Origin: Eledone cirrhosa
Taxonomy: Eukaryota
Assembly: GCA_964016885.1 (NCBI GenBank)
Contig: OZ024742.1
Location: 262,260,001 to 262,324,000 of the forward strand
Length of the DNA stretch: 64,000 bases
Direction: 5' to 3'
A program made the translations under genes and the position numbers. The notes beneath the pieces were generated by a model. The model made no database searches. It was not told the origin of the DNA and saw only the letters and a program-made list of their open reading frames with translations. This document shows positions 22,028 through 35,313 of this stretch, in pieces; positions within the stretch are counted from its first letter, which is position 1; every line of letters starts with the position of its first letter.

Positions 22028-23382
22028 AATTTATCGAAGACTACTCCTCTGGATTTCAGTGGGAAAACATTTATTTCCTCGCTTTTTTTTTCGTCTATCA
22101 ACTAATCTAACCTCTAAAATGCTCACAATTGACTTTTTTCCTGGAAAACAGATAACCCTCTTGGAGTTTCCTCTAGGTAGTTTTTTTTTTTTTCACTTAT
22201 TTTGTATGTTATCAACGAATCATCATCATCTTCGTTTAATGTCCATCTTCCACGCTAGCATGGGTTAGACGGGAGTTGCCCCACTTGAGGCAATGTTGGT
22301 CGGGTGACCGTCTCTCACTCATATAGGACTACCTGGCAGGTTTTCTACGGCTGGATGCCCTTCCTAACCAACCACATTTACAGTGTGGAACTGGGAACTT
22401 TTTACCGTGTTACCTACACGGCCATATTACAGCGTGGACTGTGAGTTTTTTTGTCATGACACCTACACGATCTCGATCTCATTATCTCATTTATTTGGAC
22501 TGGATGTTGTGGTACCAACTTTACAGAGAGACGGTGGTGTTGGTGGGAGTGAGAGGATACGGTAGGGGTAGTGGATTGGGGTGTATATTTGGTTAATAGG
22601 TGCCTACTGACTGTAGGTTTCGCTTTGTACATAGGCAAGGTGGGTCTTCTGTATTACTGCGTAGCGCCAAAGGTCTCAGTCCAGTGACATTGTCTTAGAG
22701 AGGTGCAAGTGTCTAAGGTCGGAATTTATCAGATCGTCCCAGGTTTTTCTGGGTCTACCTAGTCCGTAGCTACCATAAATTTTGATTGCCCTGCACTTTT
22801 TTATACAGCTGTCGTCTTTCATGCGCATCACGTGCCCATGACCTCCAAACAAGTTGGAAATGACTATATTTGTAGAAAAATAAAAGTGAAAGAGGGCGAA
22901 AAGGCCATTGAATTTTCGTAGTTCACACCTCGCATTTGTTGGGAAATAATACCCCCCCCCCCCTTTTTTTTTTTTATTATATATATGCTATCAACTTTTC
23001 TGACCTCTTAAATGCTCACAATTGATTTTTTTTTTTTCATACGGAAACCCTAATCCTAATTCAGGAAAAAATGTCGATTGTGGCATCTAAGAGGTCTAGA
23101 AAAAATCAAGGAAAAATAATCATTTGTAAATAGTACTATGATGAAAGAACTGGTGTACTCTTTAGAGTTCAGGAATGTATGAAAGTGAAGTAGGACCCCC
23201 AACTCGTCTGTTATGTACTGACTTGCCCTATGACAAACTGTTCAACCTTTGGTAGTAGGAAAAGTAGATGATGATATACACACACACACATGCAATATGA
23301 CTGGATCTCCTTGTTATTAAAACACCTGAGAAAACTGAGGTGTAACCTTGTAGGCTAAACCTACATTGTGAGCTGCAGAAAT

Positions 23383-23650
23383 CATCATCATCATCATCAT
23401 TTTACGTCCGCTTTTCCCTGCTTGCAAGGGTGGGACGGGAACTGATTCTGGCTTGATTTCTACAGCTGGATGCCCTTCCTAACACCAACCACATTTACAG
23501 TGAGTGCTGGGTGATTTTTTTGCCGTGGCACCTCCATGACCACTTTGCAGTGGAATGATATGGACCCCAGTCCCTATCATCTCATTTCTACAGCTGAGTA
23601 AACTGGAGCAATGTGAAATAAAGTGTCTTGCTCAAGGAAACAACACATCA
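23383..23650 (-). mobile_element. SINE with RTE family A tail (near-identical copy at 43659-43933)
   Basis: (CAT)n-TTTACGTCCGCTTTTCCCTGCTTGCAAGGGTGGGACGGG is the exact reverse complement of the LINE end at 60686-60750. The body contains CAGCTGAGTAAACTGGAGCAATGTGAAATAAAGTGTCTTGCTCAAGG. Confidence 0.75.
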
Positions 23651-23663
23651 CCCTATATATATA

Positions 23664-24548
23664 CAGGGTGCGGACGACATTGGTTCGCAAGATTACTGTC
23701 TAGGAAAAAAATAACACAGTAGTTTTATTTTTTAAGATTTATTTATCAAACTTGGGTCAGTTTGTCTTCATGACTTGTTCTTTCGATCTCACTCGATAAA
23801 CCCGCCATTGGCTTTGATGACGGCCCCTAGGCGGCCTCGGAACCGGCTACAGGCCTTCGTCACTGTCCCCCCAACTTAGGCCCCTAAAGCACTTGTGATC
23901 CTGGCCTTCAGATCGTCTTTCGTATTGCAGCTAGATCTCTGTTGGTGTCTCATTCCACTGCGCCCCTCACAAAGAAGTCGAGGGGGTTGCAGTCAGGCGA
24001 GCTGGGAGGCCAGATGTCAGGTGAAGTGTTGTCGACAAAGTTTTCTGACAGCCAGGCTTGGGTCTTTCGGCTGGTATGGCAGGGCGCTGCGTCTTGCTGT
24101 CACACGTACGGCCTACCTGCAGCTACCTGGTCGATCTAGGGCTTTACTACTTCGCTCAGAACGCGGATGTAGCCATCGATGTTCAGCTTGAAGGAAAGAA
24201 GTGAGGTGGCATGACGTCACCTTGACTGCTGACGACACCTAAGACCAATGTTGTCGCTGGAAACTTTGTCTGCATGACTCTGGGCACGTCTTTGGATGAG
24301 ACAGCGAGCCACCTGTTCTGGGAGCTGATCTTCTGGTCTTATTTGTCCTCCTGGCGCGGATTCCAAGAAGAACTCCGTGTCTCTTCCACAAATTTGGAGG
24401 TTCAAAATTATTCATAATCGATTATTCTGAAAATAAATAATGGAAATATAGTCACTGTTTTTATGAAGACAAGAGTGACAACGGAAGTAAAAAAAATTTG
24501 CATAAAATTAGCAGTTGAAAATTGCGAACCAATATCGTCCGCACCCTG
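23664..24548 (-). mobile_element. Internally deleted Tc1/mariner DD37D (maT) element
   Basis: 27-bp TIRs CAGGGTGCGGACGA(C/T)ATTGGTTCGCAA flanked by TA. The reverse strand encodes QQDAAPCH...WPPSSPDCNPLDFFV, with 37 residues between the last two catalytic Asp. Confidence 0.88.
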
Positions 24549-24760
24549 TATATATATATATATATATAATGTGTGTGTGCTGTACTGAGAAGGACCTGTC
24601 CAACCCATACAAGCGTGAAACAGCGGACATAAAATGATGATATATACATACATATATACAGACACACACACGATATGACTGTCATTAAAACACCTACGGA
24701 AACTTGTAGGCCAGCCAAACCTATATATGAGCTGTAACAACAACGTTGCTTTATTTTTAG

Positions 24761-24917
24761 GTTGTGCTCAAGTTAGTAAAACATTGCCTTGACGAAGGAT
24801 CTGGAGGAGCTGATTTTGTCCAAGGTGTGTTGCTTGGGCTGGTTGTGGATAACAGACTTGAAATAACCAACTGTTTTCCATACCCACGGCATCAAGAAGA
24901 AGAAGATCTTGACGAGT
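24761..24917 (+). CDS. EIF3H: eIF3h coding exon 2
   Basis: TTTTTAG acceptor; [52 protein letters not shown]; GTAAGT donor (phase 1). Confidence 0.93.
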
Positions 24918-25167
24918 GTAAGTGAAACTTCATTCTTTCTTATTTTTCTACTGCTTTCAATCATTAGATTGTGGCATCATATTCTTTTATTCTTTTACTA
25001 GTTTCAGTCATTAAATTGCAACCATGAAGGGATTTTTACTGGGTCATATCAATCCTAAGACTTTTTTTTTAAAACTGGTTCTTATTTTATTCGTCTATTG
25101 TGTTTGGCCACTAAGTTGCGGCGCATAAACAAACATTTGGATATACTAGCACACACATGCATTTCTC

Positions 25168-25720
25168 TCTATATATATAAAACAGAGGATGTCTGTCTGT
25201 AAATCCCTAAAACTCGAGAAGTACCCAACCGATTTTTTTCAAACTTTACACATGCGTTACTTATATTTCTTGAAGTGCAATGGGCCCACATTAAGTGAAA
25301 AACTGTATTTTTTTAGGCTTTTTTGAGATGTAACTTAAAGATAATCAAGCCGATTTCCTTGAAATTTCTGATTCCATTAATGGTTTCTAGGAAATTTACA
25401 AATTAGCATTGGGCATTACATGCCATTTTCATTTTCAATATAAACGCTACTTAAACATCGTAAGTAACATATAATATTTCGTTAAAAATTTGGTTTATTT
25501 AACAGAGGACACAACACTTACTTACTTTTAAGCAGAACCATTTTCGAGGGATTGAGGAAATGAGGAGGACCTTAAAATTTATGTCGGCGCCCTGTTAATG
25601 CTTCGTGCTTTCATCACATGCAAATCTGGGCCCTGTGTACGTTGCCGTGTTATTGACACCGTAAAACTTACGTGTTATTTCACGTTTCCTACCCAGTGCA
25701 ACGCTGGGTCCTGCTGCTAG
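25168..25720 (+). mobile_element. Non-autonomous Helitron
   Basis: Starts TCTATATATATAAAA with GTCTGTCTGT nearby. Ends with the hairpin ACCCAGTG-CAA-CGCTGGGT (25691-25709), then CTAG followed by T. Confidence 0.75.
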
Positions 25721-26244
25721 TATTGTTGTCATCGTTTAACGTCCATCTTCCATGCTAGCATGGGTTAGACGGTAATTGTCCCACTTGAGGCAAGATTGGT
25801 CGGGTGACCGTGTCTCGCTCGTATAGGACTGTTTGGCAGGTTTTCTACGGCTGGATACCCTTCCTAACACCAACCACATTTACAGTGTGGACTGGGAGCC
25901 TTTTTACCGTGTTACCTACACGGCCACATTACAGCGTGGACTGTGTGTTTTTTTGTCGTGACTCCTACACGACCTCATTAGTTTGGACTGGATGTTGTGG
26001 TACCAACATAGCTTTACAGAGAAAGGTTGGTGTTAGTGGGAGGATGGAGTAGGGGTAGTGGGTTAGGGTGTATATTCGGTTAAGAGGGGCCTACTGACTA
26101 GGTGTCGCTTTGTACATAGGCAAGGCAGGTCTTCTGTATTACTGCGTGGTGCCAAAGATCTCGATCCAGTGACATTGGAAATATTAATACATCATCCTTG
26201 TTTAACCATTTATTGTTAACCACAAAAAGTTTCTATGTACAAAG

Positions 26245-26945
26245 CTTGCCAAAAAGGGGTTAGAAGAACCCTCCAGTTGTGTCAAAGACATAACAACCTC
26301 CCTAGTGTTGGTGATTTAGATAAATACACCCAGTACACTCTGTAAAGTTGTCGGTGATAGGAAGGGTATTCAGCTATAGAAAGTTTGTCAACCAAAGGGC
26401 TTGGGAGGACCCTTCATTTGTGTCAAAGACAACAACAACTCTAGTTCTGGTGGTAGAATAAAATACGCCCAGTACACTCTTTGTCGGTGATAGGAAGGAC
26501 ATCCAGCCATAGAAAGCTTGTCAAACAAATGGTTAGAAGAACCCTCCAGTTGTTTCAAAGACATAACAACCTTCCTAGTGTTGTGGATTTACATGATAAA
26601 TACACCCAGTACACTCTGTAAAGTTGTTGGTGACAGGAAGGGTATATCGAAACACAGAAAAACTAGACCAAACAAAGAGTTGGACGGACACTTTAGCTGT
26701 GTCAAAGACACAACAATCTCCCTAGTGTTGGTGATCTACATGATACATACACCCGTACACTCAGTAAAGTGGTCGGTGATAGGAAGGGCCTCCAGCTGTA
26801 GAAAGCTTGTCAACCAAAGGGTTAGGAGGTCCCTTCGGTTGTGTCAAAGACATAACAACTTCTCTAGTTCTGATGCTAGGATAAAATACACCCAGTACAC
26901 TCTAAAGTTGTTGGTGATGGGAAGAACATATCAAAACAGAAAACA
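26245..26945 (+). repeat. Tandem array of ~5 diverged ~140-bp units derived from the SINE/LINE 3' domain
   Basis: (G/T)TCAAAGAC recurs at ~26281, 26422, 26553, 26701 and 26843. Units contain CCCAGTACACTC...GGTGATAGGAAGG or close variants. Confidence 0.8.
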
Positions 26946-27217
26946 ATTCAATTCAGTTTGGCATTTGTGCTTATCGTTAACTAGGGTAATAAATCTTGGG
27001 TAGAGATTTAAAGGACCTTCACTGAGTACAGATTCAACAGAAGCCATGGCAAGCATGCTTTTCCCTGCTCAAACAATACAAGGGTTTCAGATGCTCCGAA
27101 ACCGTAGTGATTTCCAGAGGTTGATTGAGGAGATGGGCCTCTCCACCTTTCCGGTTTCTTTTTCTATTGTCTTTGTCTTGTGCGCTCCCTATTTGAATAT
27201 ATATATATACGCATGTA

Positions 27218-29780
27218 CAGGGTGCATCATTTTTTTAGGACTTGCATGAATTTAGAAAAAGACGTATAGCACATAAGAGAAATACTATATGTGATAGAAA
27301 TGGGTACAAATATTATTTACAATACATTTTGAGAAGGATATACAACCGCTAAGAGAGAAGCTAGACGTCGGGTGTACTTAGCATGCAGGGAGGCTGAGAG
27401 TAGGAGGTTTGCCAATGTTCTGCGACGGGAAGATCAGAGGCGTGCAGTGTTCCACATTGCAAGGCAGTGTGTCAATGCAAATCAGGATGTTGTTGAAGAT
27501 CAATGTGTCTGGAATGATGCCGGTGTACTTAGTGTCATGAATGATCAGAAAAAGGAGGCCTGGAAATGTCATTATGAGAGACTGATGAATGTGGAGAACG
27601 AATGGGAGAGAGAGAAATTACCCTCAGTAGATCCGACAGAGGGACCAGCTATTGAGATTGACGAATATAGGGTCCAAGAGGCGATTAAGGAAATGAAAAA
27701 TGGTAAGGCTGCTGGACCGTCGGGGATAGTTGCTGAGATGCTGCAGGCATCAGGGGACGTAGGCACTAAACTAGTTGCCCGCATCATCAATCAGGCTATA
27801 TATGGTGGTGTCATACCCAAAGACTGGTGCAGCAGTATTCTCATAAATTGCTACAAAGGTAAAAGGGATGCTCTGGAGAGGAGCAATTATAGGGGTATAA
27901 AACTGATGGATCAGGTTATGAAAGTGGCAGAAAAGATATTAGCACAACTAATTAGAGAAAGGGTCAAACTAGATGAGATGCAGTTTGGTTTTGTGCCTGG
28001 GAAGAGTACAACAGATGCCCTCTTCTTGGTGAGACAATTACAAAAGAGGTTCTGAGAGAAAAATAAGCCATTATACTTAGCCTTTGTTGACCTAGAGAAG
28101 GCCTTTGATAGGGTACCCCAATCTGTCATCTGGTGGTCCCTAAGGAAACTAGGTGTTGAGGAATGGCTTGTGAGGACAGTGCAAACTTTGTACAGAGGTA
28201 CTGTCAGTAAAGTCAGGGTAGGAATGGAGTTTAGTGAGGAATTCCAGATACAAGTAGGAGTACATCAAGATTCAGTCCTCAGCCCACTCTTGTTCATTAT
28301 AGTCCTCCAAGCCATAACAGAAGAGGAGTTTAAGACTGGCTGTCCATGGGAACTTCTCTATGCTGACGATCTGGTTCTTATAACAGAATCAGTAGAGGAG
28401 CTAGAGAATAAATTCTGGCTATGGAAACAGCAGTTGGAAGCAAGAGGACTGAGAGTGAACCTAGCTAAGACAAAAGTGTTGATGAGTAGAAAAGAGGACA
28501 AAACTCTGATTCCGTCAGGGAAATGGCATGCAGAAAAGGAACTGGCATAAATTCTATAAAATGCGCACAATGCAGATCCTGGGTACACAAGAGATGTAGT
28601 GGGATAGCAGGCAAACTAACAGGTAGGGAGAAATACGTATGCAGTAGATGTACAGGGAAATTAGACAGTAGAAGTCGCATTGATAGACACATTTTCAAAT
28701 GCAGGCGGGTGCTAGACCCAGCATGAATGTGTTGAGAGAGAAAATGTGTCTGAGAGGGATAGAATGTAGTGTACGGGAGAGGAGACTGAGGTGGTATGGA
28801 CATGTGATGCGCATGGAGGATGACTGATGGGTGAAAAAGTGCCAGGAAATGCCAGTTGAAGGAAGACGTGGTAGAGGTAGACCACGAAAAACATGGACGG
28901 AAGTGGTGAGAACAGACCTCAGATTGCTGAAGCTCACGGCGGAGATGACGAAGGACCGTGCGAAGTGGAGAGATGCTGTGCTGAATAAGACCCGTCCCAC
29001 CCTTGCAAGCAGGGTAAAGCGGACGTAAAATGATGATGATAATATCTATTCAAAGTGTTGGCATACCCAAATCAAATGACCTCTATCAATACTGGACATT
29101 GTGCTGGTAATAGCAGACTTGAAAGATTCTATAGTGTTGTGAGAGTGATGATTGACCTCTCTTTTCAACTACGCCCCAGTCCAGAGGATTGAGGTCTGAT
29201 GACCTAGGAGGTCATGTGTTTGGAAGAACGTGATCATGGAGATTGTCATGCATCCATGCTTGTGCCATTTAGGCCTTTCGAGATAGTGTGGAGTTTTGTT
29301 GGAAGATGAACAGTCTTCTGTTATTTATCCTGTCTGTCCAGGGCTTCAGAACTGTCTCTAACGCCTCTTTGTAAGCAGCAGCATTGACTCTTAAGCCCCC
29401 TCTACCCCCCCAATGCCGAGGCATGACATCTACCTTGTTGCTGACAACACCCAGAACAATTACAGTTGCTGGAAATTTGGTGTGCATGACCGTTGGAACC
29501 TCATTTGGGTCTCTATATAACCATCTATCTTTCCTTCAGTTTACTTTTTGGTCCTGATCAAAGTTTTTCTCATAAGAAAAGAACCAAAGCATTCCAGCTT
29601 CTTGATGCTTTATCCTAGTTCATAAGCGCTTTGCACACACCAAACGATTTTCTTTTGTCACATCCAACATAAACTGGCCTTTTAACACCACATACGACTT
29701 GTATCACATGTCTTCATGGACTCTTCTCATGGTGCATTCTGAAACTTTAAGGTCCTTTGTGATGGCTCTGATTAAATTTC
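27218..29780 (-). mobile_element. Decayed DD37D-type mariner interrupted by an RTE LINE
   Basis: TA-CAGGGTG end at 27216-27224. Transposase remnants on the - strand at 29040-29770 (TKFPATVIVLGVVS, LRVNAAAY, FQQNS, WPPRSSDLNPLD). Confidence 0.6.
27349..29040 (+). mobile_element. 5'-truncated RTE-clade LINE (family A), with a nonsense mutation, a frameshift and a ~0.3-kb internal deletion
   Basis: YRGIKL, QFGFVPGKSTTDA, VGVHQDSVLSPLLF and LLYADDL motifs, with an (ATG)n tail. Closely similar to 58743-60750. Confidence 0.9.
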
Positions 29781-29860
29781 CACATATGCAAAAACCAGAA
29801 ATGTATATTGATTTTTCTGTATGTATTCACCTGTGTCACACCTCTTAATGAACTTATATA

Positions 29861-30367
29861 TTGGGTATATTTTGTTGTAAATCTACTCAGTACATTGTGT
29901 AAGAGTACATTGCCCATTGACTGGTAGGGTTTTATACTTTTTTTTTCAATGAAAATATTTGCATGGGATGTAAAGAAAAACTAAATACCTGCATTTTAAT
30001 TAATTCACCTGTTCATGAAAAGTGGTAAAATTGTTGGAAGTCAACATTTAGGTTATTGTTGGATAATTTTTGCAACAAATTTGCACGTAAAGTTTAAATA
30101 TTTGTGTTTATCCATAAAGTCATTAATTTTACACCTGATAATTAATTTCACCTGCCCATAAAAATCAAATTTAATAAAAAAAAACACTCAGGTAAAAATA
30201 TATAATTGTAAATTATTGATATTTAAACATCTACTGACAAAATTTCATGTCTGCACATAGAAAATTAACATGACAAACAAATATAGTTGATAACCTCTTG
30301 AGTATGATTAACTCTAATGTAAATAGATAAATATGATATTTGACAGAGTAATGTAAATGCTAGAGGG
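29861..30367 (+). mobile_element. Isolated piggyBac 3' end (~500 bp)
   Basis: Homologous to ~33718-34262. Ends TGTAAATGCTAGAGGG followed by TTAA. Confidence 0.75.
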
Positions 30368-30597
30368 TTAATGCCAAGGCTGAAATTTTTAATTATAGAT
30401 GCACTCCATCTAATGGGCCTCCATACAATTGAAATTGATTTTGTTATACTCACACTTTACTGTTTGTGTTGGTGTGTGTATGTGAATATCTCCTCCTTAC
30501 TCTACCTTCCCCATCATATAACAATGAAACTGTCTATCATGCATCTATGTGTGTTTATCAATTTATCTTATTAATCACTTTAAATCTATTATTTCAG

Positions 30598-30765
30598 TTC
30601 GTTACCAGATTGAGATCTTTCGTAATCTTCGCCATGTCAACATTGATCATTTACATGTTGGTTGGTACCAGAGCACCTATTTCAATTCCTTCATCAACCG
30701 CACCCTTGTTGACTCCCAGTATAACTACCAACACTCCATTGAAGAGTCAGTTGTTCTTATTTATG
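30598..30765 (+). CDS. EIF3H: eIF3h coding exon 3
   Basis: TTTCAG acceptor; (F)[55 protein letters not shown]; GTAGGT donor (phase 1). Confidence 0.95.
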
Positions 30766-31213
30766 GTAGGTTACTATTGCTATTTCCTAACCCCCTTCAT
30801 TATCATTATCATCATACGTCAGTTTTTTGGATGGCTTTTTTCCAACATAACTTCCCTCCATTTGTTGTATTCCTTCATCATTGTCTCTCTGAGGTTTAGC
30901 ATGTTGAGATCAACTCTCACCACACTACCTTCAGTACTACTTCACTTCACCAAACGATCATCATCCATACCAGTGCAGTTTTATCTCTTCTACACTATAT
31001 CTGATGCCTTTTATTCTCAGTTTTTCCCTCAGCACATCCATTCTTTGCCATTCATACATACTAATATCACACATCCATTGAAGCATACTAGCTTCATTTT
31101 TCTCCAATAACATACTTCACATGCAGGCATCATATAATCTACCCTGTCATATGGTAAAATACCTTGAACCTTCCTATTAACCAGGTAATGTTTTCAACTG
31201 TGCTAAACCCTTC

Positions 31214-34200
31214 TTAACCGTGTTCAAAACAACCAGAACCGGCCTTATTATTTCCCCTTTATTTGTTCAAACTGGCCAATAACACCCACAGTAAAATATC
31301 GTTCTAAAAATAAACAATACCGTCATCAAAATCTCATCAATTCGAGATTACTGCGAGATTAGGCCCTTACCGCGAAAATTAACACTTAACATAGTGAAAC
31401 AACATGTGTTTTTTTAATTTTGAAAGTACAACAAATTGTTTGTGTGTATCAACATGGCTTATGAAAGTAGCGATACCGATTTTTAAGGTTTTACACACAA
31501 TGACATTTAAAATGAACAACAAAAAAACAATATTAGTGATTTATCTTCAAATGAATTAGATGTGTACATTTCTGAAATTTCATCCGACGATGATTGTTGT
31601 TTTGAAAGTGAAAACGGAGATCTCCAGGACGCCATTGAAGATATTGCAGCAGCGTGGTCGAAAAATACCATACCAATACATGTTCCCGATTTTATTGAAA
31701 ACACAGGTCCACAACATACATTACCTCCTGATGCTAAAGCACTGGATTATTTCTTTTTGTTTTTGCCACAAACTTTCTTCAAAGTTGTGGCAGAAGAGAC
31801 TAATCGATATGCCCAACAACAGATTTCAAATTGAGGAAAACTCGATCTGTTATGGCAACCGACAGATACTGCAGAAATGCAAGCGTTTTTTACCATAAAT
31901 ATTATATTTGGTATAAAACAATTTCCAAGACTGTGGAATTAGTGGAGCACTGATATAAGGTTTAGTGACCATTGTATATCAAGTATTATGGCAAAAATAA
32001 GGTATTTAAAATTAAACCAGTATTTGCACCTTGTTGATACTTCAAATGCCTCCGGTAGAAATGAATTGAATTATGACCCTCTGTATAAAGTTCAACCATT
32101 AATTAAAATGGTATATGAAAAATTTAAAACAGTGTATATATCTGGGGAAAATCTTAGTGTTGATGAAGCTATGATTGGGTATAAGGGTAGGGTACATTTC
32201 AGACAATATATGCCAGCTAAACCCACCAAATGGGGCATCAAGGTGTGGGAACTCTGTGAATTGGACACAGGCTACTGTGCAAACTTTGATGTTTACACAG
32301 GAAAGAAACACAATGGAGAGAGAAAAAATGGATTGGGGTACGATGTTGTGTGGTCTCTGACTGAACCCTTCCACTCTTAACACACACATATTTTGACCGT
32401 TTCTTTTCTTTAGTGCTTCTAGCAGAGGATCTTGAACTTGTAAATACATACACCTGTGGTACAATAATGGGGAATCGTAAAGGGCTACCCCAAGAAATAA
32501 AAGTCACAAAATTTAAAAAGACGGGGAACATTCTCCAAGTGCAAAAAGGGAACATGTTAGCCACATTGTACAAAGACAAACAGCAAATTTTGTTCCTATC
32601 TTCTAACCAACAACCAGGAGTTGGGGCTGAAGGTAAACCTTTAGTTAACCTCTCTTACAATAAATATATGGGTGGAGTCGACAAATCTGACCAGTATTGT
32701 GCCTATTACCCAGTTGGACTCCCTGGAAAGAAATGGTGGAAAGAATCTTGTGGTCTTTAGTGAAAATAACCGTTATGAATTCTTTTATTGTATTCACTAA
32801 AAGCCACAAGGATCCGCCACCACCAAAGGACTATTGCCACATAAAATTTAGTGTGGACGTCGCATCTCAACTACATGGAGGATATACTTCTCGCAAACAA
32901 AGCTGGGAGAAAGTCAAAATTATCTGAGGTGAACAAAGAAAATATTGATTTTCATAAAATGGAGAAAATTGATGGGAGGAGGAAGGTGTAGTGAATAAAT
33001 GTATTCTTTTGTGGATGAATCATAAAAAGAATAATGCCAGAATTGTGATGTAGACAATGTTTATTTTACAATAACAATATTCACTTGTTGGTACATTGAT
33101 CATCGAGCAATAAACGTGTGGCAGCAATTATCACTACATTATTTGCTGGCTAACTACTTCAAGCTAGCGTGTATGTATGTATCAATACAACGATATAACA
33201 ATAACAGGAAGACACAAGATTAGTGAAAAACATAAGTAAACCTACCGCGTGTGTGTTTATGTTTGTCTATCCTGTCGTTGGTCAAATTTTCCGTAGTAGT
33301 AGTAGTAGTAGTAGTCGATCTGTCAGGCTGGTATGAAATGTGAGAACATAGCAAACAGACTGGTTTTTCGGGAAGAGAAATTTCACAGTGTTAGCAGAAC
33401 CTTCTCTCATCTCTGTTATCACTATATCTCTTGGTTTTATAATGACGCGGCGACAATGTATTCATACGCGATCTAAAACGATTCGTATGTTTAACCAAAT
33501 CACGTATGAATACATTGTTGTTGCGATGTATGAAATAGTTCCGCTACAAAGGTTTTCCGAATGTGCTCTTTGCAAAAGAGAAAAACTGCTAAAGGTTATC
33601 GAATTGAAACCTCATTTATGTGTTCTTTTATGTAAAGGCTGTTTTGGCCAATTTCATGATAGAAATATTGTCTGACAATATTGAAAAAAATATTTAAAAA
33701 ATATATTGGAACACATATTGGGCACATTCTTTTATATAAATCTACTCAGTACATTGTGTAAGAGTGCATTGCCAATATTATTTTGACTGGTGAAAGGGTT
33801 TTATACATTTTTTTCAATGAAAATATTGCATGGAAGTTAGAGACAGACTAAAACCATGTACTGATTATACCCGCATTTTAAATTTATTCATCTGTTCGGA
33901 AAAGTGGTAAAATTGTTGGAAGTCAACATCTAGGTCATTGTTGGATATTTTTTGTAACAAATCTAACAGGTAAGGCAGATAAAGTTAAATTTTTTGTGTT
34001 TATCCATAAAGTCATTACTTTTACACCTGTTAATTAATTTCACCTGCTCATAAAAGTTAAATTTAACAAAAAAAAAAATCAGGTAAAAGTATATAATTGT
34101 AAATTATTGATATTTAAACATCTACTGACAAAATTTCATGCTTGCACATAGCAAATTAACAACATTACAAACAAATATAGTTGATAATCCTCTTGAGTAT

Positions 34201-34262
34201 GATTAACTCTAATGTAAATAGATAAACATGCCATTTGACAGAGTAATGTAAATGTTAAAGGG
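31214..34262 (+). mobile_element. Decayed piggyBac (PGBD4-like) transposon; the transposase is a pseudogene
   Basis: Fragments LSVDEAMIGYKGR...KPTKWGIKVW, YFDRFFS, YNKYMGGVDKSDQ and a Cys-rich tail, with stops and frameshifts. The right end is TAAATGTTAAAGGG. The left subterminal region resembles the MITEs at 40085 and 52465; the left TIR is degenerate. Confidence 0.85.
32987..33548. mobile_element. Probable solo LTR inserted in the piggyBac C-terminal domain
   Basis: TGTAGTG...CGCTACA termini with a 4-bp AAGG duplication on both sides. Removing the insert restores GRRKV-FRMCSLQKRKTAKGYRIETSFMC. Confidence 0.75.
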
Positions 34263-34681
34263 ACTTTTGAGTGTATTAACTCTTTTGATACGATCCTGCT
34301 CAAAACACATCCTTGTTCTAGCATACAAAACTGTTAATTTTAAAGAGTTCCTATTTAAATTTAAATTTCCTAACATAATAATTTGATATCAGAACTGAAG
34401 TTACAAATATGCATAAATAGATTTCAAGATATATTTAGTAGAGAGTTACTATTCCTCTCCCTTTGTAACATCTCATCCCTTAAACACCACTGTGAACTCC
34501 TGTCACATCTTGTCCCCTAAACACAACTTTGAACCTCTGTCACATCTTGCTCCTCGTCACTTCCCACTCCCTAAACACTACTGTGACCTCCCCTCCTTTT
34601 GTCACATTTCACCAGCACACCACTAAACATGAGTAAAACATACAAGACTAACTGTTTTATTTTCTTGAAATCTTTTCTCAG

Positions 34682-34931
34682 ATCCCCTGAAAACCTCTCA
34701 AGGGTTTCTATCCTTGAAAGCCTATCGGCTCACTGATGCCATGATGGAGTTCTACAGGGAAGGAGAATTCACACCAGAGTCAGTGAACAGATTGAAGTTA
34801 AACTTTGAGAATATGTTTACCGAGATCCCCCTTGTTATTAAGAACTCTCATTTGGTTAACGTACTCTTGTATGAACTGGAACAGAAAAACAAGAATGGAG
34901 AAAATTATCAATTCCTTGATTTGGCCACCAG
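34682..34931 (+). CDS. EIF3H: eIF3h coding exon 4
   Basis: TTTTCTCAG acceptor; (D)PLKTSQGFLSLKAYRLT...EIPLVIKNSHLVNVLLYELE...FLDLAT; GTATGA donor (phase 2). Confidence 0.93.
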
Positions 34932-35177
34932 GTATGACTTGGCTTGATTTTTGGAAGATTTTTCTATCATATTGGTGGTGTTAATTCAAATGTTTATAGT
35001 ATCTTTACTCGTAGACAGATTGTTGTGTAAATCATAAGTATTAGACTAAATTTTGAATGTGATGCAGTCATAGTGCTGTTTTGTACTTTTTGTGAATGTC
35101 TTGCTAATATGGTTTCATGTAATAGAGGATATTAAGAGTTTATTAACTTGTTTTATCTTGTACATTTTTACTTAAAG

Positions 35178-35313
35178 TTCTATGTTGGAAAAGAACCTTC
35201 GTCAGCTAATAGAATGTGTTGATGATGTGGCAGCAGACACCAATAAATATCTCACTTTCCAGAAGCATTTCCAAAGACAACAAGCAGCTAAGCAACAATA
35301 TCTTCATAAAAGG
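35178..35313 (+). CDS. EIF3H: eIF3h coding exon 5
   Basis: AAAG acceptor; (S)SMLEKNLRQLIECVDDVAADTNKYLTFQKHFQRQQAAKQQYLHKR; GTAATT donor (phase 0). Confidence 0.88.

Noticed and set aside
26245-26945. CRISPR-like array or 161-aa repeat protein (26518-27003)
   Set aside because: Units are homologous along their whole length with no unique spacers, in a eukaryotic intron context. The ORF is a by-product of the repeat.
30466-31110. 214-aa ORF overlapping eIF3h exon 3
   Set aside because: An alternative frame through the exon and AT-rich intron, with no recognisable motif. The true frame is fixed by splice phases.
31454-33675. Domesticated PGBD gene
   Set aside because: Multiple stops and frameshifts, plus an LTR-like insertion in the Cys-rich tail.
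34470-34625. Short ~37-bp degenerate tandem repeat before eIF3h exon 4
   Set aside because: An ordinary decayed minisatellite; no function supportable from sequence.
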